Source: the human T2T-CHM13v2.0 reference genome, Homo sapiens. Taken from it: a stretch of 64,000 nt of DNA. The position numbers were made by a program, and so were the translations under genes. This document shows, piece by piece, positions 53,601 to 64,000 of this stretch. The notes beneath the pieces were generated by a model. It was not told the DNA's origin. It ran no database searches and was given only the letters and a program-made list of their open reading frames with translations. Each line of letters opens with the position of its first letter. The first letter of the stretch is position 1. Location: NCBI RefSeq assembly GCF_009914755.1, contig NC_060942.1; one strand, given 5' to 3'.

Positions 53601-56600
53601 GGGATATTTGGATAGCCTGAAGAATTTCGTTGGAAACGGGAATACCTTCATATAAAATCTAGACAGAAGCACTCTCCGAAACTACTTTGTGATAACTGCA
53701 TTCAAGTCAGAGTTGAATATTCCCTTTCTCAGAGCAGGTTTGAAACCGTCTTTTCTTGGAATCTGCAGGTGGATATTTGGATAGCTTTCAGGATTTCGTT
53801 GGAAACGGGATTCCATATACAAAGTAGACAGTAGCAGTCTCAGAAGCTTCTCTGTGATGTTTGCCTTTAAGTCACAGAGTTGAACATTCCCTTTCATAGA
53901 GCAGGTTTGAAACACTCTATCTGTAGCATCTGGAAGTGGACATTTCGAGCGCATTCAGGCCTATGGTGAAAAAGGAAATATCTTCCCATAAAAACTAGAC
54001 AGAAGCATTCTCAGAAACTTATTTGTGATGTGTGTCCTCAACTAACAGAGTTGAACCTTTCTTTTGATACAGCAGTTTGGAAACACACTTTTTGTAGAAT
54101 CTACAAGGGGATATTTGGATAACTTTGAAGATTTCGTTGGAAGCGGGAATATCTTCATGTAAAATTGAGACAGAAGCTTTCTCAGAAACTGCTTTGTGAT
54201 GTCTGCATTCAGGTCACCGAGTTGAACATTCGCTTTCATAGAGCAGGTTTGAAAGACTCTTTCTGTAGTATCTGGATGTGGACACTTGGAGCGCTTTGAC
54301 GCTTACGGTGAAAAAGGAAATATCTTCCCATAAAAAGTAGACAGAAGCATTCTCACAAACTGGTTTGTGATGTATGTCCTCAACTAACAGAGTTGAAACT
54401 TTCTATTTACAGAGCAGTTTTGAAAGACTCAATTGGAGAATCTGCAAGTGGATATTTGGAAAGCTTTAAGGATTTCATTGGAAACCGGAATATCTTCAGA
54501 TAATATCTAGACAGAGGCCTTCTCAGAAACTTGTTTGTGATGTCTGTCCTCAAGTAACACAGTACAACCTGTCTTTTGATACAGCAGTTTGGAAACACTC
54601 TTTCTGTAGAATCTGCAAGTGGATAGTTGGATAGCTCAAGCTATTTCGTTTGAAACGGGAATATCTTCATATAAACTCCAGACAGAAGCACTCTCAGAAA
54701 CTACTTTGTGATATCTGTATTCAAGTCACAGAGTTGAATATTCCCTTTCTTAGAGCAGGTTTGAAACCGTCTTTTCGTGGAATCTGCAGGAGGATATTTG
54801 GATAGCTTTGAGGATTTCGTTGGAAACGGGATTACATGTACAAAGTAGACAGCACCATGCTCAGAAGCGGCTGTGTGATATTTGCTTTTAAGTCACAGAG
54901 TTGAACATTCCCTTTCATAGAGCAGGTTTCAAACACTCTTTCTGTAGTATCTGGAAGAGGACATTTCTAGCGCTTTCAGGCCTATGATGAACAAGGAAAT
55001 ATCTTCCCATAAAAACTTGACAGAAGCATTCTCACAAACTGGTTTGGGATGTATGTCCTCAGCTAACAGAGTACAACCTGTCTTTTGATACAGCAGTATT
55101 GAAACACTCTTTCTGTAGAATCTGCAAGTGGATATTTGGATAGCTCTAACGATTTCGTTGGAAACGGGAATACTTTAGTATAAAATCTAGACAGAGGCAC
55201 TCTCAGAAACGGCTTTGTGATATGTGCATGCAAGTCACAGAGTTGAACATTCCCTTTATTGGAGCAGGTTTGAAACACTCTTTCTGTAGTATCTGGAAAT
55301 GGACATTTGGAGCGCTTTGACGCCTTTGGTGAAAAAGGAAATATCTTCCCATAAAAACTAGACAGAAGCATTCTCAGAAACTTCTTTGTGATGTGTGTCC
55401 TCAAATAACAGAGTTCAACCTCTCTTATGATACAGAAGTTTGGAAACACTCTTTCTGTAGAACATGCAAGGGGATATTTGGATAGCTCGAAGAATTTCGT
55501 TGGAAACGGGAATACCTTCACATGAAATCTAGACAGAAGCACTCTCAGAAACTACTTTGTGATAACTGCATTCAAGTCAGAGTTGAATATTCCCTTTCTG
55601 AGAGCAGGTTTGAATCCGTCTTTTCTTGGAATCTGCAGGTGGATATTTGGATAGCTTTCAGGATTTCGTTGGAAACGGGATTCCATATACAAAGTAGACA
55701 GTAGCAGTCTCAGAAGCTTCTCTGTGATGTTTGCCTTTAAGTCACAGAGTTGAACATTCCCTTTCATAGAGCAGGTTTGAAACACTCTATCTGCAGCATC
55801 TGGAAGTGGATATTTGGAGCGCTTTCAGGCCTATGGTGAAAAAGGAAAGATCTTCTCATAAAAACTAGACAGAAGCATTCTCAGAAACTTATTTGTGATG
55901 TGTGTCCTCAACTAACAGAGTTGAACCTTTCTTTTGATACAGCAGTTTGGAAACACACTTTTTGTAGAATCTGCAAGGGGATATTTGGATAACTTTGAAG
56001 ATTTCGTTGGAAGCGGGAATATCTTCATGTAAAATCGAGACAGAAGCATTCTCAGAAACTGCTTTGTGATGTCTGCATTCACGTCACAGAGTTGAACATT
56101 CGCTTTCATAGAGCAGGTTTGAAAGACTCTTTCTGTAGTATCTGGATGTGGACACTTGGAGGGCTTTGACGCTTACCGTGAAAAAGGAAATATCTTCCCA
56201 TAAAAACTAGACAGAAGCATTCTCACAAACTGGTTTGTGATGCATGTCCTCAACTAACAGAGTTGAACCTTTCTATTTACAGAGCAGTTTTGAAAGACTC
56301 AATTGGAGAATCTGCAAGTGGATATTTGGAAAGCTTTAAGGATTTCATTGGAAAACGGAATATCTTCATGTAAAATCTAGACAGAGGCATTCTCAGAAAC
56401 TTCTTTGTGATGTGTGTCCTCAAGTAACAGAGTACAACCTGCCTTTTGATACAGCAGTTTGGAAACACTCTTTCTGTAGAATCTGCAAGTGGATAGTTGG
56501 ATACCTCAACCTATTTCGTTGGAAACGGGAATAGCTTCATATAAACTCTAGACAGAAGCACTCTCAGAAACTACTTTGTGATATCTGTATTCAAGTCACA

Positions 56601-59446
56601 GAGTTGAATATTCCCTTTCTTAGAGCAGGTTTGAAACCGTCTTTGGGTAGAATCTGCAGGAGGATATTTGGATAGCTTTGAGGAGTTCGTTGGAAACGGG
56701 ATTACAAGTACAAAGTAGATAGCAGCATTCTCAGAAGCTGCTGTGTGATGTTTGCTTTTAAGTCAGAGAGTTGAACATTCCCTTTCATAGAGCAGGATTC
56801 AAACACTCTTTCTGTAGTATCTGGAAGAGGACATTTCGAGCGCTTTCAGGCATATGGTGAACAAGGAAATATCTTCCCATAAAAACTTGACAGAAGCATT
56901 CTCACAAACTTGTTTGGGATGTATGTCCTCAGCTAACAGAGTACAACCTGTCTTTTGATACAGCAGTATTGAAACACTCTTTCTGTAGAATCTGCAAGTG
57001 GATATTTGGATAGCTCTAACGATTTCTTTGGAAACGGGAATACTTTAGTATAAAATCTAGACAGAGGCACTCTCAGAAACTGCTTTGTGATATGTGCATT
57101 CAAGTCACAGAGTTGAACATTCCCTTTATTGGAGCCGGTTTGAAAAACTCTTTTTGTAGTATCTGGAAGTGGACATTTGGAGCGCTTTGACGCCTTTGGT
57201 GAAAAAGGAAATATCTTCCCATAAAAACTAGACAGAAGCATTCTCAGAAACTTCTTTGTGATGTGTGTCCTCAACTAACAGAGTTCAACCTCTCTTATGA
57301 TACAGAAGTTTGGAAACACTCTTTCTGTAGAACATGCAAGGGGATATTTGGATAGCTCGAAGAATATCGTTGGAAACGGGAATACCTTCATATAAAATCT
57401 ACACAGAAGCAGCACTCTCAGAAACTACTTTGTGAAAACTGCATTCAAGTCAGAGTTGAATATTCCCTTTCTGAGAGCAGGTTTGAAACCGTCTTTTCTT
57501 GGAATCTGCAGGTGGATATTTGGATAGCTTTCAGGATTTCGTTGGAAACGGGATTCCATATACAAAGTAGACAGTAGCATTCTCAGAAGCTTCTCTGTGA
57601 TGCTTGCCTTTAAGTCACAGAGTTGAACATTCCCTTTCATAGAGCAGGTTTGAAACACTCTATCTGTAGCATCTGGAAGTGGACATTTCGAGCGCTTTCA
57701 GGCCTATGGTGAAAAAGGAAATATCTTCCCATAAAAACTAGACAGAAGCATTCTCAGAAACTTATTTGTGATGTGTGTCCTCAATTAACAGAGTTGAACC
57801 TTTATTTTGATACAGCAGTTTGGAAACACACTTTTGTAGAATCTGCAAGGGGATATTTGGAAAATTTTGAAGATTTCGTTGGAATCGGGAATATCTTCAT
57901 GTAAAATCGAGACAGAAGCATTCAAAGAAACTGCTTTGTGATGTGTGCATTCACGTCACAGAGTTGAACATTCGCTTTCATAGAGCAGGTTTGAAAGACT
58001 CTTTCTGTAGTATCTGGATGTGGACACTTGGAGCGCTTTGACGCTTACGGTGAAAAAGGAAATATCTTCCCATAAAAACTAGACAGAAGCATTCTCACAA
58101 AGTGGTTTGTGATGTATGTCCTCAACTAACAGAGTTGAACCTTTCTATTTACAGAGCAGTTTTGAAACACTCAATTGGAGAATCTGCAAGTGCATATTTG
58201 GAAAGCTTTAAGGATTTCCTTGGAAACCGGAATATCTTCAGGTAAAATCTAGACAGAGGCATTCTCAGAAACTTCTTTGTGATGTGTGTCCTCAAGTAAC
58301 AGAGTACAACCTGTCGTTTGATACAGCAGTTTGGAAACACTCTTTCTGTAGAATCTGCAAGTGGATAGTTGGATAGCTCAAGCTATTTCGTTGGAAACGG
58401 GAATATCTTCATATAAACTCTAGACAGAAGCACTCTCAGAAACTACATTGTGATACCTGCATTCAAGTCACAGAGTTGAATATTCCCTTTCTTAGAGCAG
58501 GTTTGAAACCGTCTTTTCGTGGAATCTGCAGGGGGATATTTGGATAGCTTTGAGGATTTCGCTGGAAACGGGATTACATGTACAAAGTAGACAGCAGCAT
58601 TCTCAGAATCTGCTGTGTGATGTTTGCTTTTAAGTCACAGAGTTGAACATTCCCTTTCATAGAGCAGGTTTCCAACACTCTTTCTGTAGTATCTGGAAGA
58701 GGACATTTCGAGCACTTTCAGGCCTATGGTGAACAAGGAAATATCTTCCCATAAAAACTTGACAGAAGCATTCTCACAAACTGGTTTGGGATGTATGTCC
58801 TCAGCTAACAGAGTACAACCTGTCTTTTGATACAGCAGTATTGAAAGACTCTTTCTGTAGAATCTGCAAGTGGATATTTGGATAGCTCTAACGATTTCGT
58901 TGGAAACGGGAATACTTTAATATAAAATCTAGACAGAGGCACTCTCAGAAACTGCTTTGTGATATGTGCATTCAAGTCACAGCGTTGAACATTCCCTTTA
59001 TTGGAGCAGGTTTGAAACACTCTTTTTGTAGTATCTGGAAGTGGACATTTGGAGCGCTTTGACGTCTTTGGTGAAAAAGGAAATATCTTCCCATAAAAAC
59101 TAGACAGAAGCATTCTCAGAAACTTCTTTGTGATGTGTGTCCTCAACTAACAGAGTTCAACCTCTCTTATGATACAGAAGTTTGGAAACACTCTTTCTGT
59201 AGAACATGCAAGGGGATATTTGGATAGCTCGAAGAATTTCGTTGGAAACGGGAATACCTTCATATAAAATCTAGACAGAAGCACTCTCAGAAACTACTTT
59301 GTGATAACTGCATTCAAGTCAGAGTTGAATATTCCCTTTCTGAGAGCAGGTTTGAAACCGTCTTTTCTTGGAGTCTGCAGGTGGATATTTCGATAGCATT
59401 CAGGATTTCGTTGGAAACGGGATTCCATATACAAAGTAGACAGTAG
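42883..59446 (+). repeat. HOR haplotype B domain
   Basis: Diagnostic variants are gaacatgcaagggg, gaagaatttcg, a 2 bp deletion in M8 (caagtcacagttg or caagtcagagttg), gggattccatat, ctctatctgtagcatc, ggatagttgg and attacatgtac. Units are 1867-1872 bp and more heterogeneous than in haplotype A. Confidence 0.88.
51875..54596 (+). repeat. 1361 bp (8-monomer) tandem duplication that creates an 8-mer HOR variant
   Basis: More than ten private variants repeat at +1361 (aacttaatgc, atagcctgaa, aaattgagac, ggtcaccgag, cagataatatct). There is an M2/M5 fusion monomer at 53157. Confidence 0.9.
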
Positions 59447-62400
59447 CATTCTCAGAAGCTTCTCTGTGATGTTAGCCTTTAAGTCACAGAGTTGAACATT
59501 CCCTTTCATAGAGCAGGGTTGAAACACTCTTTCTGTAGTATCTGGATGTGGACACTTGGAGCGCTTTGACGCTTACGGTGAAAAAGGAAATATCTTCCCA
59601 TAAAAACTAGATAGAAGCATTCTCACAAACTGGTTTGTGATGTAGGTCCTCAACTAACAGAGTACAACCTGTCCTTTGATACAGCAGTATTGAAACACTC
59701 TTTCTGTAGAATCTGCAATTGGATCTTTGGATAACTCTAGCGATTTCGATGGATACGGGAATAACTTCATATGAAATCTAGACCGAGCCACTCTCAGAAA
59801 CTGCTTTGTGATATCTGCATTCAAGTCACAGAGTTGAACATTCCCTTTCTTCGGGCAGGTTTGAAACACTCTTTTTGTAGTATCTGGAAGTGGACATTTG
59901 GAGCGCTTTGACGCCTTTTGTGAAAAAGGAAATGTCTTCACATAAAAACTAGACAGAAGCATTCTAAGAAAATTCTTTCGGATATATGTACACAACTAAC
60001 GGAGTTGAATCATTCTATTTATAGATCAGTTTTCAAACGCTTTTTTTATGGAATCTGCAAGTGGATATTCGGATAACTCTGAGGATTTCGTTGGAGACAG
60101 GATTACGTATAAAAGTAGACAGCAGCATTCTCAGAAGCTTCTTTGTGATGTTTGCTTTTAAGTCACAGAGTTGAATATTCTCTTCCGTAGAGCAGGTTTG
60201 AAACACTCTTTCTGTAGTATCTGGAAGTGGACATTTCGAGCGCTTTCAGGCCTATGTTGAAAAACGAAACATCTTCCCATAAAAACTAGACAGAAGCATT
60301 CTCAGAAACTACTTTTTGATGTGTGTCCTCAACGAACAGAGTTCAACCTCTCTTATAATACAGCAGTTTGGAAACACTCTTTTTGTAGAGTATGCAAGGG
60401 GATATTTGGATAGCTCTAAGTATTTCGTTGGAAACGGGAATATCTTCATATAAAATCTAGACAGAAGCACTCTCAGGAACTAATTTGTGATATCTCCATT
60501 CAAGTCACAGATTTGAATATTCCCTTTCTCAGAGTAGGTTTGAAACCGTCTTTTCTTGGAATCTGCAGGAGGATATTTGGATAGCTTTGAGGATTTCGTT
60601 GGAAACGGGATTACATGTACAAACTCGACAGCAGCATTCTCAGAAACTTCTTTATGATGTTTTCTTTTACGTCACAGAGTTGAACATTCGCATTCATAGA
60701 GCAGGTTTGAAACACTCTTTCTGTAGTATCTGGAAGTGGACGTTTCGAGCGCTTTCAGGCTCATGGTGAAAAAGGAAATATCTTCCCATAAAAACTAAAC
60801 TGAAGCATTCTCAGAAACTTATTTGTGATGTGTGTCCTCAACTAACAGAGTTGAACCTTTCTTTTGATACAGCAGTTTGGAAACACTTTTTGTAGAATCT
60901 GCAAGTGGATATTTGGATAACTTTGAAGATTTCTTTGGAAACGGGAATATCTTCATGTAAAATCGAGACAGAAGCATTCTCAGAAAGTGTTTTCTGATGT
61001 CTGCATTCACGTCACAGAGTTCAACATTCGCTTTCATAGAGCAGAATTGAAACACTCTTTCTGTAGTATCTGGATGTGGACCCTTGGAGCGCTTTGACGC
61101 TTATGGTGAAAAAGGAAATATCTTCCCTTAAAAACTAGACAGAAGCATTCTCACAAACTAGTTTCTGATGTATGTCCTCAACTAACAGAGTTGCATCTTT
61201 CTATTTACAGAGCAGTTTTGACAGACTCTATTGGAGAATCTACAAGTGGATATTTGGAAAGCTTTAAGGATTTCTTTGGAAACCGGAATATCTTCAGGTA
61301 AAATCTAGACAGAGGCATTCTCACAAACTTCTTTGTGATGTGTGTCCTCAAGTAACAGAGTACAACCTGTCTTTTGATACCGCAGCTTGGAAACACTTTC
61401 TGTAGAACCTGCAAGTAGATATTTGTATAGCTCTAGCTATATCGTTGGAAACGGGAATATATTCATATAAACTCTAGACAGAAGCACCCTCAGAAACTAC
61501 TTGTGATATCTGTATTCACGTCACAGAGTTGAACATTCCCTTTCATAGAGCAGGTTTGAAACACTCTTTCTGTAGTATCTGGATGTGGACACTTGGAGCG
61601 CTTTGATTCTTACGGTGAAAAAGGAAGTATCTTCCCATAAAAACTAGACAGAAGCATTCTCACAAACTGGTTTGTGATGTAGGTCCTCAACTAACAGAGT
61701 ACAACCTGTCTTTTGATACAGCAGTATTGAAACACTCTTTCTGTAGAATCTGCAATTGGATCTTTGGATAGCTCTAACGATTTCGTTGGATACGGGAATA
61801 CCTTCATATAAAATCTAGACAGAGGCACTCTCAGAAACTGCTTTGTGTTATCTGCATTCAAGTCACAGAGTTGAACATTCCCTTTCTTCGGGCAGGTTTG
61901 AAACACTCTTTTTGTAGTATCTGGAAGTGGACATTTGGAGCGCTTTGACGCCTTTTGTGAAAAAGGAAATGTCTTCACATAAAAACTAGACAGAAGCATT
62001 CTAAGAAACTTCTTTGGGATATATGTACACAACTAACGGAGTTGAATCATTCTATTTATAGATCAGTTTTCAAACGCTCTTTTTATGGAATCTGTAAGTG
62101 GATATTCGGATAACTCTGAGGATTTCGTTGGAGACGGGATTACATATAAAAAGTAGACAGCAGCATTCTCAGAAGCTTCTTTGTGATGTTTGCTTTTAAG
62201 TCACAGAGTTGAACATTCGCATTCATAGAGCAGGTTTGAAACACTCTTTCTGTAGTATCTGGAAGTGGACGTTTCGAGCGCTTTCAGGCTCATGGTGAAA
62301 AAGGAAATATCTTCCCATAAAAACTAGACAGAAGGATTCTCAGAAACTTATTTGTGATGTGTGTCCTCAACTAACAGAGTTGAACCTTTCTTTTGATACA

Positions 62401-64000
62401 GCAGTTTGGAAACACTCTTTTTGTAGAATCTGCAAGTGGATATTTGGATAACTTTGAAGATTTCTTTGGAAACGGGAATATCTTCATGTAAAATCGAGAC
62501 AGAAGCATTCTCAGAAACTGCTTTGTGATGTCTGCATTCACGTCACAGGGTTGAACATTCGTTTCATAGAGCAGTTTTGAAACACTCTTTCTGTAGTATC
62601 TGGATGTGGACACTTGGACCGCTTTGACACTTACGGTGAAAAAGGAAATATCTTCCCATAAAAACTAGACAGAAGCATTCTCACAAACTGGTTTGTGATG
62701 TATGTCCTCAACTAAGAGAGTTGAACCTTTCTATTTACAGAGCAGTTTTGAAAGACTCTATTGGAGAATCTGCAAGTGGATATTTGGAAAGCTTTAAGGA
62801 TTTCTTTGGAAACCGGAATATCTTCAGGTAAAATCTAGACAGAGGCTTTCTCAGAAACTTCTTTGTGATGTGTGTCCTAAAGTAACAGAGTACAACCTGT
62901 CTTTTGATACAGCAGCTTGGAAACACTCTTTCTGTAGAATCTGCAAGTGGATATTTGGATAGCTGTAGCCATTTCGTTGGAAACGGGAATATCTTCATAT
63001 AAACTCTAGACAGAAGCACTCTCAGAAACTACTTTGTGATATCTGTATTCAAGTCACAGAGTTGAATATTCCCTTTCTTAGAGCAGGTTTGAAGCCGTCT
63101 CTTCGTGGAATCTGCGGGAGGATATTTGGATAACCTTGAGGATTTCGTTGGAAACGGGATTACATATAGAAAGTAGACAGCAGCATTCTAAGAAGCTGCT
63201 TTGTGCTGTTTCCTTTTAAGTCACAGTGTTGAACATTCCCTTACATAGAGCAGGTTTGAAACACTCTTTCGGTAGTATCTGGAAGAGGACATTTCGAGCG
63301 CTTTCAGGCCTATGGTGAAAAAGGAAATATCTTCCCATAAAAACTAGACAGAAGCATTCGCAGAAACTTGTTTGTGATGTGTGTCCTCAACTCACAGGGT
63401 TGAACATTTCGTTTGACACAGCAGTTTGGAAACACGCTTTTTGTAGAATCTGCAAGTAGATATTTGGATAGCTTTGTGGATTTCTTTGGAAATGGGAGTA
63501 TCTCCATATAAAACATAGACAGAAACATTCTCACAAACTGCTTCGTGATATCTGCATTCACGTCACAGAGTTGAACATTCCCTTTCATAGAGCAGGTTTG
63601 AAACACTCTTTCTGTAGTATCTGGATGTGGACACTTGGAGCGCTTTGACGCTTACGGTGAAAAAGGAAATATCTTCCCATAAAAACTAGATAGAAGCATT
63701 CTCACAAACTGGTTTGTGATGTAGGTCCTCAACTAACAGAGTACAACCTGTCTTTTGATACAGCAGTATTGAAACACTCTTTCTGTAGAATCTGCAATTG
63801 GATCTTTGGATAGCTCTAACGATTTCGTTGGATAAGGGAATACCTTCATATAAAATCTAGACAGAGGCACTGTCGGAAACTGCTTTGTGATATCTGCATT
63901 CAACTCACAGAGTTGAACATTCCCTTTCTTAGAGCAGGTTTGAAACACTCTTTTTGTAGTATCTGGAAGTGGACATTTGGAGCGCTTTGACGCCTTTGGT
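59447..64000 (+). repeat. Irregular, diverged SF2 alpha-satellite flank containing monomers absent from the 11-mer
   Basis: M1 spacing becomes 3056 bp (18 monomers) and then 1530 bp (9 monomers). New monomers appear at 59960 and 61997 (cattctaagaaa...tttatagatcag) and at 63355 (cattcgcagaaacttg...). Confidence 0.88.

Larger units (their letters stand above)
942..59446 (+). repeat. 11-mer higher-order repeat array, ~1872 bp period, with structural variants
   Basis: The marker monomer M1 (gaaagactc[t/a]attggagaatc...ggatttcattggaaaccgga) starts at 942, 2814, 4686, 6558 and so on. The ORF track shows the same 1872 bp periodicity (2873, then 6617, 8489, 10361). Confidence 0.96.
1..64000 (+). repeat. 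Alpha-satellite (alphoid) centromeric tandem array, SF2-type (D1/D2 monomers)
   Basis: Uninterrupted ~171 bp monomers starting cattctcagaaac/cactctcagaaac and ending ...tagacagaag. B-type monomers carry tttcgttggaaacggga (CENP-B box). A-type monomers carry ctatggtgaaaaaggaa (pJalpha site) and gtagtatctggaagtggacattt, as in the SF2 D2 consensus. The alpha-satellite call is secure; the SF2 call relies on recalled consensus sequences. Confidence 0.98.

Noticed and set aside
53046-55542. Longest ORFs (162 and 159 aa)
   Set aside because: Their length results from the M2/M5 fusion and from point changes that remove stop codons in satellite sequence, not from coding selection.
942-59446. Assignment to the SF3 11-mer D1Z5 because of the 1.9 kb period and pentameric substructure
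   Set aside because: The monomers match D1/D2 (SF2) features, and the pentamer is D1-hybrid-D2-D1-D2 rather than W1-W5.
360-63948. All 60-162 aa ORFs in the track (e.g. MFQTCSMKANVQLCD..., MRTHITKKFL...)
   Set aside because: They are chance translations of stop-poor frames of alpha satellite that recur with HOR periodicity. There is no gene structure or recognisable domain, and most begin at non-ATG codons.
1-64000. CRISPR-like array (regularly spaced conserved 17-30 bp motifs)
   Set aside because: The intervening sequences are homologous monomer bodies rather than unique spacers, and there are no cas genes.
1-64000. Inversions or L1/Alu insertions
   Set aside because: None seen: M1-to-M1 spacings are always whole numbers of monomers, and I noticed no reverse-strand monomers or poly(A) tails.

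Overview
The whole 64 kb window is primate centromeric alpha-satellite DNA: head-to-tail ~171 bp monomers, all in one orientation. I saw no genes, transposon insertions or inversions, and the ORF track only re-translates the repeat. The monomers look like suprachromosomal family 2 (SF2): D1-like monomers with a CENP-B box, D2-like monomers with a pJalpha box, and 167 bp D2/D1 hybrids. Positions ~940-59450 are an 11-monomer, 1872 bp higher-order repeat (HOR) built as 1+5+5, labelled M1-M11 here. Within it are two HOR haplotype domains, four 16-mer variants, two 8-mer variants, a ~20-22 kb tandem duplication (main offset 22,287 bp) that captured the haplotype boundary, and several apparent gene-conversion patches. 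The last ~4.5 kb is an irregular, more diverged flank with monomers absent from the 11-mer, from which a putative 15-mer ancestor can be reconstructed. I found no novel protein-coding or RNA system. The interest lies in satellite architecture and evolution. The locus assignment (possibly an inactive D18Z2-family HOR of human chr18) is from memory and unverified.
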